From assembly GCA_964449815.1 (NCBI GenBank), contig CAYVGC010000002.1, positions 7-64,006 on the forward strand: 64,000 bases of DNA, in the 5' to 3' direction. Shown in pieces: positions 35,247 to 45,238 of this stretch (positions are counted from its first letter, which is position 1; each line of letters begins with the position of its first letter). A model generated the notes under the pieces. It worked only from the letters and a program-made list of their open reading frames with translations. It was not told the DNA's origin and made no database searches. The position numbers and the translations under genes were made by a program. This stretch comes from an uncultured Bifidobacteriaceae bacterium. Its GTDB lineage: Bacteria; Verrucomicrobiota; Verrucomicrobiia; Limisphaerales; UBA11358.

Positions 35247-38200
35247 ATGCTCCGGCGACTCGTTGAACTTTCCCTGGGCGCGCGCGGCGTGGTCATCACG
35301 CTGGCGGTCGGCTTCATTTGCTACGGGCTGTTTGTCACGACGCACGCGAAGCTCGACGTGTTTCCTGAATTTGTCCAGCCGCAGGCCACGGTGCAGACCG
35401 AAGCGCCCGGCCTTGCGCCGGAACAGGTCGAGGCTCTCGTCACGCGCCCGGTCGAAAATGCGTTGAACGGCGCGGGTGATCTGGATTCCATCCGCTCAGA
35501 ATCCATTCAAGGTCTCTCGGTTGTCACGGCGGTTTTCAAGGAAGGCACAGACATCCACATCGCCCGGCAAATGCTCACGGAACGGCTGGCGCAGCTTGGC
35601 GGCGATCTGCCCGCCGGCGTGCAGTCGCCGAAAATGGAGCCGCTCACGTCCTCGACGATGGACCTGCTGAAATTCGGGCTGACCTCGGATAAAATTTCGT
35701 CGATGGCGCTGCGGACGTTCGCCGACTGGACGGTTCGCCCGCGACTGCTCTCCGTTCCCGGCGTGGCGGCGGTGAAAACTTTTGGCGGCGAAGTCAAACA
35801 GTTGCAAATTCAGATCAAGCCCGACCGGCTGCTCGCGTTTGGCATTTCCGTGCAGGAGGTTTCGAGCGCGGCGGGCGCGGCGACGGGCGTGCGCGGCGCG
35901 GGCTTTGTCGAGACGCCGGCGCAACGGCTCGTGCTCCAGACCGAAGGCCAGTCGCTCACGGCGATGCAGCTCGGCGAGGTCGTGGTGACACAGCGCGACG
36001 GGCGCAGCATCCGCCTGAAAGACGTGGCGAATGTCATCGAAGGCGCGGAGCCAAAATTCGGCGACGCGCTCATCAATGGCAAACCCGGCGTGCTGATGAC
36101 CACGGCCAGCCAATACGGCGCGAACACGATGGAAGTCACGCGCGGCGTCGAGGCCGCGCTGGAGGAATTGAAGCCGGTGTTCGCGGCGGAGGGCGTCGAA
36201 TACACGCCCGCGCTGCACCGGCCGGCGACGTTCATTGAAATCGCGATTCACAACATGAAAGCGTCGCTGCTGCTCGGCGCCGCGCTGGTGGCCATCGTGC
36301 TGTTTTTGTTTTTGCTCGATTTGCGGACGGCGCTGATTTCCTTCACGGCGATTCCGCTGTCGCTGCTCGCGGCGGTCGTCGTGCTGGACCATTTTGGCGT
36401 GACGCTGAACACGATGACGCTTGGCGGACTCACTGCCGTGCTCGGCGTGGTCGTGGACGACGCGATCATCACCGTGGAAAATATTTTGCGCCGGCTGCGG
36501 GAAAATCTCACGCTCACGCCGCCGCGTCCGCCGTTCAACGTCGTGCTGGAGGCCACGCTCGAAGTGCGGAATTCGGTGGTGTATGCGACGTTCGTCGTGG
36601 CGATGGTGTTTGTGCCGGTGCTGACGATGAGCGGCCTGCAGGGCCGTTTTTTTGCGCCGCTCGGCGTCGCCTTCATCCTCGCCAATCTGGCGTCGCTGGT
36701 GGTCGCGCTCACCGTCACGCCGGCGCTCTGCTTTGCGCTGCTCGCGCGCAACCGGCCGCGCGAAGAGCCGGTTTATCTGCGCAAATTAAAATCGCTTCAC
36801 CGCCGCGCGCTGGAAAAACTCAGCAGCCGGCCAAAGACGATTGTTGCCGTCGCGCTGGTTTTGTTCATCGCGGCGCTGGCGACGCTGCCGTTTTTTGGCG
36901 GCGAATTTCTGCCGGATTTCCGCGAAGGCCATTTTGTCATCGGTCTTACCATGGCACCGGGGACGTCGCTGCCGGAGATGAAACGGCTCGGCGCGCAGAT
37001 TTCCGCGGAGCTGCTGAAGATTCCGCAGATCAAAAGCGTCGAGGAGCAGATTGGCCGCGCAGAAGGCGGTGAAGACACCTGGGGCTCGCATCGCGGCGAA
37101 ATGCACGTGGAACTGAAGCCGACGGCGGGTGAAGACCAGGAAAAAGTGCAGGACGCGATCCGCGACACGCTGGCGAAATTTCCCGGCATCGAAACCGAAG
37201 TGCTGACGTTCCTCGGCGACCGAATCGGGGAAACGATCTCCGGCGAAACCGCGCAGGTCGTGGTGAACATTTTCGGCGACGATCTCGACGTGCTGGATGA
37301 AAAGGCGGACGAAGTTGCGGCGGTGCTGAACCAAGTTCCCGGCGCGGCGGACGTGCAGGTTTCCGCGCCGCCGGGCGCGCCGCGCGTGATGATCCGCCTG
37401 CGGCCCGACCGGCTGACGCAATTTGGCTTCCGTCCGCTGGAAGTGCTCGAAGCCGTCCGCACCGCGTATCAAGGCGACGTCGTCGCGCAAACTTACGAAG
37501 GGGAAAAAGTTTTCGAAGTGGCCGTGATCCTGGAACCGTCCGCGCGGCGGCAGCCGGAAAGCATCGGCGACCTGCTCATCAGCAATCCGGCGGGCGCGCG
37601 GATGCCGTTGAAGCAACTGGCCGACGTTTTTCTGACGACGGGGCGCTACGCGATTTTGCACGACGGCGCGCGGCGACGGCAGACCATCACCTGCAATCCG
37701 GCGGGACGCGACGTTGCATCGTTTGTGGCCGACGCGCAGAAGCAAATCAACAACCAGGTTAAATTTCCGCCGGGCGTGTATGCCGAGTTCAGCGGCGCGG
37801 CGCAAGAACAAAAACAGGCGCAGACGGAATTGCTCCTGCACTCGCTCGCGGCGGCGGCGGGAATCATTTTGCTGCTGGCGGTCGTTTTCCGCAAGGCGAA
37901 CCATCTGCTGCTCGTGCTGGCGAACCTGCCGTTCGCGCTGGTCGGCGGTGTGCTGGCGATTTTCCTCGTCAGCTGTTTTGGCAAGGGCCAGGGCTCGCTT
38001 TCACTGGGCACACTTGTCGGTTTCGTCACGCTGTTCGGCATCACGATGCGCAATTCCATCATGATGATTTCGCATTTCGAGCATCTGGTGAACGAAGAAG
38101 GCCGGCCCTGGGGGGCCGAAACCGCCTTGCGCGGCGCGACGGAGCGGCTCATCCCGATCTTGATGACCGCGATGGTCACCGCGCTCGGCCTGCTGCCGCT

Positions 38201-38363
38201 GGCGCTGGGCAGCGGCGAGGCCGGGCGCGAAATTGAAGGGCCGATGGCGATTGTGATTCTTGGCGGGCTGGTGACTTCGACCGCGCTGAACCTGCTCGTG
38301 CTGCCGACGCTGGCGCTGCGCTTTGGAAAATTCAACCAGGCTTCAGGACGGCGCGAGCGATAA
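35247..38363 (+). CDS. CusA/CzcA-family heavy-metal RND efflux pump
   Basis: 1038 aa with 12-TM RND architecture. MLRRLVELSLGARGVVITLAVGFICYG... and conserved TM4 region LGGLTAVLGVVVDDAIITVENI. Confidence 0.9.
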   Translation: MLRRLVELSLGARGVVITLAVGFICYGLFVTTHAKLDVFPEFVQPQATVQTEAPGLAPEQVEALVTRPVENALNGAGDLDSIRSESIQGLSVVTAVFKEGTDIHIARQMLTERLAQLGGDLPAGVQSPKMEPLTSSTMDLLKFGLTSDKISSMALRTFADWTVRPRLLSVPGVAAVKTFGGEVKQLQIQIKPDRLLAFGISVQEVSSAAGAATGVRGAGFVETPAQRLVLQTEGQSLTAMQLGEVVVTQRDGRSIRLKDVANVIEGAEPKFGDALINGKPGVLMTTASQYGANTMEVTRGVEAALEELKPVFAAEGVEYTPALHRPATFIEIAIHNMKASLLLGAALVAIVLFLFLLDLRTALISFTAIPLSLLAAVVVLDHFGVTLNTMTLGGLTAVLGVVVDDAIITVENILRRLRENLTLTPPRPPFNVVLEATLEVRNSVVYATFVVAMVFVPVLTMSGLQGRFFAPLGVAFILANLASLVVALTVTPALCFALLARNRPREEPVYLRKLKSLHRRALEKLSSRPKTIVAVALVLFIAALATLPFFGGEFLPDFREGHFVIGLTMAPGTSLPEMKRLGAQISAELLKIPQIKSVEEQIGRAEGGEDTWGSHRGEMHVELKPTAGEDQEKVQDAIRDTLAKFPGIETEVLTFLGDRIGETISGETAQVVVNIFGDDLDVLDEKADEVAAVLNQVPGAADVQVSAPPGAPRVMIRLRPDRLTQFGFRPLEVLEAVRTAYQGDVVAQTYEGEKVFEVAVILEPSARRQPESIGDLLISNPAGARMPLKQLADVFLTTGRYAILHDGARRRQTITCNPAGRDVASFVADAQKQINNQVKFPPGVYAEFSGAAQEQKQAQTELLLHSLAAAAGIILLLAVVFRKANHLLLVLANLPFALVGGVLAIFLVSCFGKGQGSLSLGTLVGFVTLFGITMRNSIMMISHFEHLVNEEGRPWGAETALRGATERLIPILMTAMVTALGLLPLALGSGEAGREIEGPMAIVILGGLVTSTALNLLVLPTLALRFGKFNQASGRRER

Positions 38364-38414
38364 ATCATTGATTCGGTTGAATCCCGCCGCCGTTTTTGGT
38401 TAAATTTCAAAACT

Positions 38415-39146
38415 ATGGGACGCCAATGGCTGCATGCCAAACGATTGGTCGCCGGCCTCAAAAAAGGCCGGACGACCGGCAAACTTGTTCGTGAAATCTC
38501 CGTCGCCGCCAAAATGGGCGGGGCTGATCCTGACGCGAACCCGCGCCTGTTCGCCGCCGTCGAAAAGGCGAAGAAAGAAAGCGTGACGAAGGACGCCATC
38601 CAGCGCGCCATCCACAAGGGCGCCGGCATCGGCGAGGAAAAACTCGTCATGGATCACGTCGTGTATGAAGGCCGCGCGCCGCACAACGTGCCCGTCATCG
38701 TCGAGGTTTATACCGACAACGTGAACCGCACCGCGCCGGAAATCCGCGTGCTCTTCAAAAAGGGCCAGCTCGCCACGACCGGCAGCAATAAATTTCTTTT
38801 TGATCACGTTGGCCTGGTCGAGGCGCATCATCCCGACGCGAACATTGACCGCGAGGCGGCGGCGATTGAAGCCGGCGCGAACGAGGTGGAAGCGCTCACG
38901 CACGAACAAAACGATGATATTCCTGAAGGCGCCGCCGGCGCAAAGTTCATTTGCGAACGCACGGCCGTGGCGGCCGTTTCCAAATGGCTGGCGGCGAACG
39001 GCTGGACCGTCGTGACGAGTGAAATCGGTTATGTGCCCAAACAATTTCCCGAACTGACCGAGGCGCAGCAGAACGAGGTCGGCGAATTTCTCCACGCGCT
39101 CGACGAACACGACGACGTGCATCGCGTCTGGGCGGCCGTGAAGTAA
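38415..39146 (+). CDS. yebC: YebC/PmpR-family transcriptional regulator
   Basis: KRLVAGLKKGRTTGKLVREISVAAKMGGADPDANPRL is the family signature. Confidence 0.9.
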   Translation: MGRQWLHAKRLVAGLKKGRTTGKLVREISVAAKMGGADPDANPRLFAAVEKAKKESVTKDAIQRAIHKGAGIGEEKLVMDHVVYEGRAPHNVPVIVEVYTDNVNRTAPEIRVLFKKGQLATTGSNKFLFDHVGLVEAHHPDANIDREAAAIEAGANEVEALTHEQNDDIPEGAAGAKFICERTAVAAVSKWLAANGWTVVTSEIGYVPKQFPELTEAQQNEVGEFLHALDEHDDVHRVWAAVK

Positions 39147-39164
39147 AGTTTTCCAAACAAAAAA

Positions 39165-39203
39165 TTGCCGCGCTGGATTTTCCCAACGCGGCGATTTGCT
39201 TTT
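39165..39203. terminator. hairpin plus T-tract between convergent genes
   Basis: ttgccgcg...cgcggcga followed by tttgctttt. Confidence 0.45.
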
Positions 39204-39214
39204 GGAAGGGAAAC

Positions 39215-39796
39215 TTATTTCGCGCCCTGATCAATCCATGCGCGAATCAAACCAACCTGCTCGGCGGTCAGCGGCTTGGGCGGCGGACCCAGCGGGCGCA
39301 GACGCGATTGAAAACTGGCGGGCCCGTTCGTTCCGTCGGGGCCACCGGGGCCATGATCGCCTTCGCCACCCATCGGTGACGGGCCGCCAGCTTCCGGTCC
39401 GCCAGGTCCGCCGGGACCACCCTGCGGCGGCATGGTCGGAGCGTTGGTGCCCTGCGGACCGCGCGAGCCACGCGGTCTGGGCGGCATGGCGGTTTCCGGA
39501 TCAAGCTGCGAAACGGCTTTGACGATCAGGCTGTTGGCGCTGTCGCCGGCGGTGAGAACCGGCCCGTGCTTGGCGCCTTTCAAAACCCCTTCGAGCGTGT
39601 CGAGGCGGAGCTGCGCCTTGGGATGCTCCGCGCCGTGGCAGCGCCCGCAGGCTGCCTTGAGCAGCGGCCCGATGTCCTTGTCAAAAGTGACCCCGGTGAC
39701 GGTGGCGGCCGGCGGCAGCCTGCTCCAGTCCACCGGCGCGGCGGACAGGCGCGCGGCCGCAATTCCGGCGGCGGCGAAGATAAGTGCAAATTTCAT
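39215..39796 (-). CDS. secreted protein with Planctomycete-type cytochrome c (PSCyt1-like) motif and a Gly/Pro-rich insert
   Basis: Signal peptide, CGRCHG heme-binding-type motif, then PPQGGPGGPGGPEAGGPSPMGGEGDHGPGGPDG, and a C-terminal LTAEQVGLIRAWIDQGA. Confidence 0.65.
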   Translation of the reverse strand: MKFALIFAAAGIAAARLSAAPVDWSRLPPAATVTGVTFDKDIGPLLKAACGRCHGAEHPKAQLRLDTLEGVLKGAKHGPVLTAGDSANSLIVKAVSQLDPETAMPPRPRGSRGPQGTNAPTMPPQGGPGGPGGPEAGGPSPMGGEGDHGPGGPDGTNGPASFQSRLRPLGPPPKPLTAEQVGLIRAWIDQGAK

Positions 39797-39862
39797 TGTG
39801 AATTGGTTTGGTTAATCCAGGCAAAAAATTTGCAGCAGGCCGCCGGCAAAGGCGAGTTTTTT

Positions 39863-42800
39863 TTATTCGTCGCCGCCGGAGCCGTTGGCGCCGTTTTTCC
39901 TTTCCCAACTGCGGCGCTGGCGCTCCGGCAGGCTGGTGTCCACGCGGGCGTAATAAGTTTTTTCGCCGAACTGCAGGTTCACCGCCTGTTCGAGTTCCAG
40001 CGACGGCGTGACGCCGAAATGCTTGTGGGCGCCGACAAAAACGGTCGCGCCTTCGGGCCGCATGAAACAGAGGAACAGCGGGCATTTGCCGGGATGCGCG
40101 GCCACGAGTTCCTGGACGCGGTCCAGGTCTGCCGGCTTCAGGTGCGCGGTGTTCAGGCGGAGATGAACCTGTTTGGTGTATTTCTTCGCGGCCTCGGCCA
40201 GCGGCATGATGTCCTGCGGAAAAATCTTCGGCTTGTCCTCGCCGGTGCTGACTTCACCAACGACCAGAATGGCCGTGTTCGCTTCCAGCAGCGGCCGGAA
40301 TTTGTCATAGTCGTTCATCACCAGCAACTGCACCGAGCCTTCCAGATCTTCGAGCGTCACCATGGAATACGGCTTGCCGGATTTTTTGGAGGTGCCGTGC
40401 GTGACCGCCGCGATCATGCCGCCGATGCGCGTCAGGCTGCGGTTCGGCAGCTCGGCAAGCTTCGCGGTGGTGATGAGCGAGAATTTGTCCAGCAGCGGCG
40501 CGAGCGGTGTGAGCGGATGACCGGTGACGTAGAAGCCGAGCAGCTCCTTTTCGTGCGCGAGCAGTTCGTGCTGCGGCCATTCGGGCAGATTGCTGATGGC
40601 TTCCGGCATGGGCGGCGCTTTTTCCTCCAGCGCGCCGAAGAGCGAGGTCTGGCCTTTTTGCTTGTCGGACAAAATGCTCGCCGCGCGGGCGAGCGTGCGC
40701 TCGATTTGCGCGAACAGCGTCGCCCGCGTCTGGCCGAAGCAATCGCACGCGCCGGTTTTGACGAGCGCTTCGAGCGTTTTCCGGCCCACCGAGCGGCCGT
40801 CCACGCGCTCGCACAATTCGGAAAGCGTTTTGAATTTTCCGCCTTCATTTCGCGCCTTCAAAATCGCCTCGACCGCCGCCTCGCCGACGCCCTTGATGGC
40901 GGCGAGTCCGAAGCGGATGCCGTGGCTGCCGGTCGCCGGGGCAAAATACATCTGGCTCTCGTTCACGTCCGGGCCGAGCACCTCGATGCCGAAACTGCGC
41001 GCCTCGGCGATGTATTGCGCGAGCTTGTCGGTGTCGGCCATGTCGTTGGTCATCATGGCGCAGAAAAATTCCACCGGATGATTCGCCTTCAAATACGCGG
41101 TCTGATATGCGACGACGGCGTAGGCGGCGGCGTGCGACTTGTTGAAGCCGTAGCCGGCGAATTTCTGGAGCAGGTCGAAAATATCGTTGGCCTTGCCGGC
41201 GGAAATCTTGTTGGTCGCGGCGCAGCCCTTGATGAATTTCTCCCGCTGCTTCTGCATTTTTTCCACGTCCTTCTTGCCCATCGCGCGGCGGAGCACGTCG
41301 GCGGCGCCGAGCGTGAAGCCCGCCAGCACCTGCGTGGCCTGCATCACCTGTTCCTGGTAAATCAGGATGCCGTAGGTTTCCCGGGTGATCGGTTCGAGCA
41401 GCGGATGCTCGTATTCGATCTTCACCTCGCCGTGGCGGCGTTTGATAAAATCGGGAATCAGGTCCATCGGGCCGGGCCGGTAGAGCGCCACGAGCGCCGT
41501 GATGTGCTCGATGGAGCTGATCTGGAACTTGCGGCACAAATCGCGCATCCCGCCGGATTCCAACTGGAACACGCCGAGCGTTTCCGCGCGGTTCAGCAGG
41601 TCGTAGGTTTTCTTGTCGTCGAGCGGCAGGCGGTCAATGTCAATTTCCACCCCCTCCGTGCGCCGGACCATTTCGCAGGTGTTGCGGATGACGGTCAGCG
41701 TTTTCAGGCCGAGAAAATCCATCTTCAGCAGGCCGAGTTCGCCGACCGGGCCCATCGCGTATTGCGTGACGAGCGTGCCGCTGTCGTCCAGTTTCAGCGG
41801 CAGCAAATTCACCAGTGGCTCCGGGCCGATGACGACACCGGCGGCGTGGACGCTGGCGTTGCGCGTGAGGTCTTCGAGGATCAGCGCCGTGTCAATCAGC
41901 TCGCGCGTGACTTCCTCGTTGTCGTATGCCTCCTTCAATTCCGGCACCTGCTTGAGCGCCTTCGTCAAATCCATTTTCAATTCGGCGGGAATCAATTTGG
42001 CCAGCCGGTCGCCCTCGCCGTAGCTCAAACCCATCACGCGGCCCACGTCGCGCACCACGCTTTTCGCGCCCATCGTGCCGAAGGTGATGATTTGCGCCAC
42101 GGCGTCGCGCCCGTATTTTTCGCGGACATATTCAATGACGTCCGCGCGCCGGTCGTCGGCGAAATCAATGTCAATATCCGGAGGATTGACGCGTTCGGGA
42201 TTCAGGAACCGCTCGAACAGCAGGCCGTAGCGGATCGGGTCCACGTTCGCGATTTCCAGCAGGTAGGTGACGATGGAGCCGGCGGCGCTGCCGCGCGCCA
42301 CGCAGGAAATTCCCTTTTCGCGCCCGTGCCGGATGAAATCCGCCACGATGAGAAAATAGGAGATAAACCCCGTCTTCTCGATGACCTTCAGTTCGAGCTG
42401 CAACCGGTCAATGACCGCCTTGAGCGCGGCGGCAACTTCGGGATCGCCGAACGAAAAGTTTTTCCCCTCCGCCGCCTTGAACGTCGGCAGCCGCTTCGGA
42501 TCGTCAATGCCCGTGACGACAAATTCCTTTCCCTCCGCCGTCGCGTGGATGGTGTAACGGCGGAACAGGCCTTCCGCCACCTGCCGGCGCAGACAGCCTT
42601 CGCGCGTGAAATGTTCCGGCGGATTGAAAACCGGGTAATGCAGCTCGCCAAACTTGATCTCCAGATTGCATTTCTCCGCGACCTCCAGCGTGTTTTTCAC
42701 CGCCTCCGGCACCTCGGCGAAGCGCGCCTTCATCTCCTCGGCGCTGCGCAGATAAAACTGCTCCGGCACATAGCCCGCGCTCATCCGCTTCGGATCGCTC

Positions 42801-43495
42801 AGCATCGTCTGTGTGCCGATGCAAACCAGGCAGTCGTGCGCATGCGAGTGGCTTTTCTCGATGTAATGCACATCATTCGTCGCGACGGGCTTCAGGCCGA
42901 ATTCCTTCGCCCACGCGATCAAATGCCGGTTGACCTTGGCCTGTTCGGGAATGCCATGATTTTGCAGTTCGAGGAAAAAATTCTCCGCGCCGAGCGTCTG
43001 CTTGAACCAGTCCACCGCGTCGCGCGCCTGGTCCAACTGGTCTTTCATGATCCAGTCGGGAATCTCGCTGGCGAGACAGCCGGACATGGCGATCAACCCT
43101 TCGCTGTGTTTCGCCAAAAGTTCCTTGTCAATGCGCGGCTTGTAATAATACCCGTCGAGGTGCGCGATGGTGGTGAGCTTGATGAGATTTTTATAGCCCA
43201 CCTCGTTTTTGGCGAGCAAACCGAGGTGGTGATATTTCTCGCCGTTGCTGGTTTTGCGTTCCAGCCGCGAACCCGGCGCCACATAAACCTCGCAGCCGAT
43301 GATGGGCTTGATGCCCTTCGCCCGCGCGGCCTGGTAAAAATCAATCGCGCCATACATTGCGCCGTGGTCGGTGATGGCCAGCGCGGGGAACTTCAGCTCG
43401 TGCGCCTTTTCGATGAGCTTGTCCACACGGCACGCGCCATCGAGCAGCGAATACTCGGTGTGCAAATGCAAATGGACAAAATCGGCGTGCGACAT
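39863..43495 (-). CDS. dnaE: DNA polymerase III alpha subunit
   Basis: PHP domain start FVHLHLHTEYSLLDGA. 1210 aa, colinear with DnaE, including the OB-fold region. Confidence 0.97.
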   Translation of the reverse strand: MSHADFVHLHLHTEYSLLDGACRVDKLIEKAHELKFPALAITDHGAMYGAIDFYQAARAKGIKPIIGCEVYVAPGSRLERKTSNGEKYHHLGLLAKNEVGYKNLIKLTTIAHLDGYYYKPRIDKELLAKHSEGLIAMSGCLASEIPDWIMKDQLDQARDAVDWFKQTLGAENFFLELQNHGIPEQAKVNRHLIAWAKEFGLKPVATNDVHYIEKSHSHAHDCLVCIGTQTMLSDPKRMSAGYVPEQFYLRSAEEMKARFAEVPEAVKNTLEVAEKCNLEIKFGELHYPVFNPPEHFTREGCLRRQVAEGLFRRYTIHATAEGKEFVVTGIDDPKRLPTFKAAEGKNFSFGDPEVAAALKAVIDRLQLELKVIEKTGFISYFLIVADFIRHGREKGISCVARGSAAGSIVTYLLEIANVDPIRYGLLFERFLNPERVNPPDIDIDFADDRRADVIEYVREKYGRDAVAQIITFGTMGAKSVVRDVGRVMGLSYGEGDRLAKLIPAELKMDLTKALKQVPELKEAYDNEEVTRELIDTALILEDLTRNASVHAAGVVIGPEPLVNLLPLKLDDSGTLVTQYAMGPVGELGLLKMDFLGLKTLTVIRNTCEMVRRTEGVEIDIDRLPLDDKKTYDLLNRAETLGVFQLESGGMRDLCRKFQISSIEHITALVALYRPGPMDLIPDFIKRRHGEVKIEYEHPLLEPITRETYGILIYQEQVMQATQVLAGFTLGAADVLRRAMGKKDVEKMQKQREKFIKGCAATNKISAGKANDIFDLLQKFAGYGFNKSHAAAYAVVAYQTAYLKANHPVEFFCAMMTNDMADTDKLAQYIAEARSFGIEVLGPDVNESQMYFAPATGSHGIRFGLAAIKGVGEAAVEAILKARNEGGKFKTLSELCERVDGRSVGRKTLEALVKTGACDCFGQTRATLFAQIERTLARAASILSDKQKGQTSLFGALEEKAPPMPEAISNLPEWPQHELLAHEKELLGFYVTGHPLTPLAPLLDKFSLITTAKLAELPNRSLTRIGGMIAAVTHGTSKKSGKPYSMVTLEDLEGSVQLLVMNDYDKFRPLLEANTAILVVGEVSTGEDKPKIFPQDIMPLAEAAKKYTKQVHLRLNTAHLKPADLDRVQELVAAHPGKCPLFLCFMRPEGATVFVGAHKHFGVTPSLELEQAVNLQFGEKTYYARVDTSLPERQRRSWERKNGANGSGGDE

Positions 43496-43645
43496 GGCGA
43501 CAAGTTACCGCCCGCGATGGCATTGGCGCAAGGCGGGGATGTTCCCAGGCGCGATTTCAATCCAACGAATGCAAATCCGGTTTCCGCCGCCTCCCGTTTT
43601 CCACGCATTGCCAGTTACGTTGTTTCGGTTTAGCCTCGCGCGCGT

Positions 43646-45172
43646 ATGGCTTTTGATTCCTTCCGCGATTTCGTCAACGCCCTCGACAAGGCGGGCGAGC
43701 TCAAACGCATTTCCTCGCCCGTCGCCACCGAACTCGAAATCACCGAGATCGCCGACCGCGAAATGAAATCGCCCGGCGGCGGCAAGGCGCTGCTGTTCGA
43801 GCAGCCCACCATCGCCGGCGTCGTCTCGCCGTTTCCCGTGGCCATCAACACGCTCGGCTCGCACAAGCGCATGGCCATGAGCATGGGCGCGGAGTCCGTG
43901 GACGAAGTCGCAAACGAACTCGGCGCGCTGATGAAAGCCAAGCCGCCGACGAGTTTCAAGGAAGCCATCAAGCTGCTCGCGCTCGCGCTGGATTTGCGCC
44001 ATGCGAAACCGAAGACGGTGAAGAGCGGTTCCTGCAAAGATATCATTCAAAAATTCGACGCGCCTGCTTCCTCAAAAAGCTGGCCGCCCGCGCCGGATTG
44101 GCAGAAAGGCACTTCGCCCACGCCACCGACGCTCGCAAATCTTCCAATATTAAAATGCTGGCCGCTCGACGGCGGGCGTTTCATCACGCTGCCGTGCGTC
44201 GTCACGCGCGACCCGGACACCGGCGAGCGCAATCTCGGCATGTATCGCATCCAGATTTACGACGACAAAACCACCGGCATGCACTGGCAGTTGCAGAAAG
44301 TCGCCGCGCGCCATGGCCGTCGTTACTACGAGAAGGGCGAGCGGATGCCCGTCGCCATTTTCATCGGCGGCGACCCGATGTTTCCCTTCGCCGCGACCGC
44401 GCCGCTGCCGGATGGATTGGATGAATTTCTGCTCGCCGGTTATCTCCGCAAAAAATCCGTCGAGATGATTAAGTGCGAGACCAACGACCTCGAAGTTCCC
44501 GCCAACGCCGATTTTGTCATCGAAGGTTACATTGATCCAACCGAGCCGTTGCGCGACGAAGGGCCGTTCGGCGATCACACCGGCTATTACACGCTGCCCG
44601 AACCGTATCCGGTTTTTCATGTCACCGCAATCACGCATCGCAAGGACGCGGTGTATCCGGCGACGATTGTCGGCATTCCGCCGATGGAGGATTTTTACAT
44701 CGGCGGCGCGAGCGTGAAATTATTTTTGCCGATCTTCAAAATGAATTTCCCCGAGATCGTGGACATCGCGCTGCCGGCGGAAGGCGTGTTCCACAACCTC
44801 GTGTTCGTCAGCATCAAGAAGACCTACCCGATGCAGGCCTACAAGATCATGCACGGCCTCTGGGGCATGGGGCAGATGATGTTCACGAAATACATCGTGG
44901 TGGTGGACGCCGGCGTGAACGTCCACAACACCAGCGAAGTGCTGTTCCATCTCACCGCCAACACCGATCCGCAGCGCGACAGCATCTTCACCAAAGGCCC
45001 GTCCGACGTGCTCGACCACGCGACGAGCGAAATCGCCAGCGGCAGCAAGCTGGGCATTGACGCGACGAAGAAAATTGCCGGCGAAGGTTTCAAACGCGCG
45101 TGGCCGCCACTGATTAAGATGGATGAAAGCGTGAAGGCGAGGGTAGAAAAGTTTTTCAACTATTCGATTTAA
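43646..45172 (+). CDS. UbiD-family decarboxylase (menaquinone/ubiquinone biosynthesis type)
   Basis: FRDFVNALDKAGELKRISSPV...ALLFEQP...GMYRIQIYD...GPFGDHTGYY is the UbiD pattern. Confidence 0.85.
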   Translation: MAFDSFRDFVNALDKAGELKRISSPVATELEITEIADREMKSPGGGKALLFEQPTIAGVVSPFPVAINTLGSHKRMAMSMGAESVDEVANELGALMKAKPPTSFKEAIKLLALALDLRHAKPKTVKSGSCKDIIQKFDAPASSKSWPPAPDWQKGTSPTPPTLANLPILKCWPLDGGRFITLPCVVTRDPDTGERNLGMYRIQIYDDKTTGMHWQLQKVAARHGRRYYEKGERMPVAIFIGGDPMFPFAATAPLPDGLDEFLLAGYLRKKSVEMIKCETNDLEVPANADFVIEGYIDPTEPLRDEGPFGDHTGYYTLPEPYPVFHVTAITHRKDAVYPATIVGIPPMEDFYIGGASVKLFLPIFKMNFPEIVDIALPAEGVFHNLVFVSIKKTYPMQAYKIMHGLWGMGQMMFTKYIVVVDAGVNVHNTSEVLFHLTANTDPQRDSIFTKGPSDVLDHATSEIASGSKLGIDATKKIAGEGFKRAWPPLIKMDESVKARVEKFFNYSI

Positions 45173-45238
45173 CATACAAATTTTCGTTCCTCGGTGTCTT
45201 TATATAGAGAAAACTCAATTGCCATTTAATGAATTAAA

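Noticed and set aside
39566-43633. 1355-aa ORF on the + strand
   Set aside because: It lies exactly antisense to dnaE. The translation is Arg/Ala/Gly-rich with no recognisable domain. This is a typical shadow ORF in GC-rich DNA.
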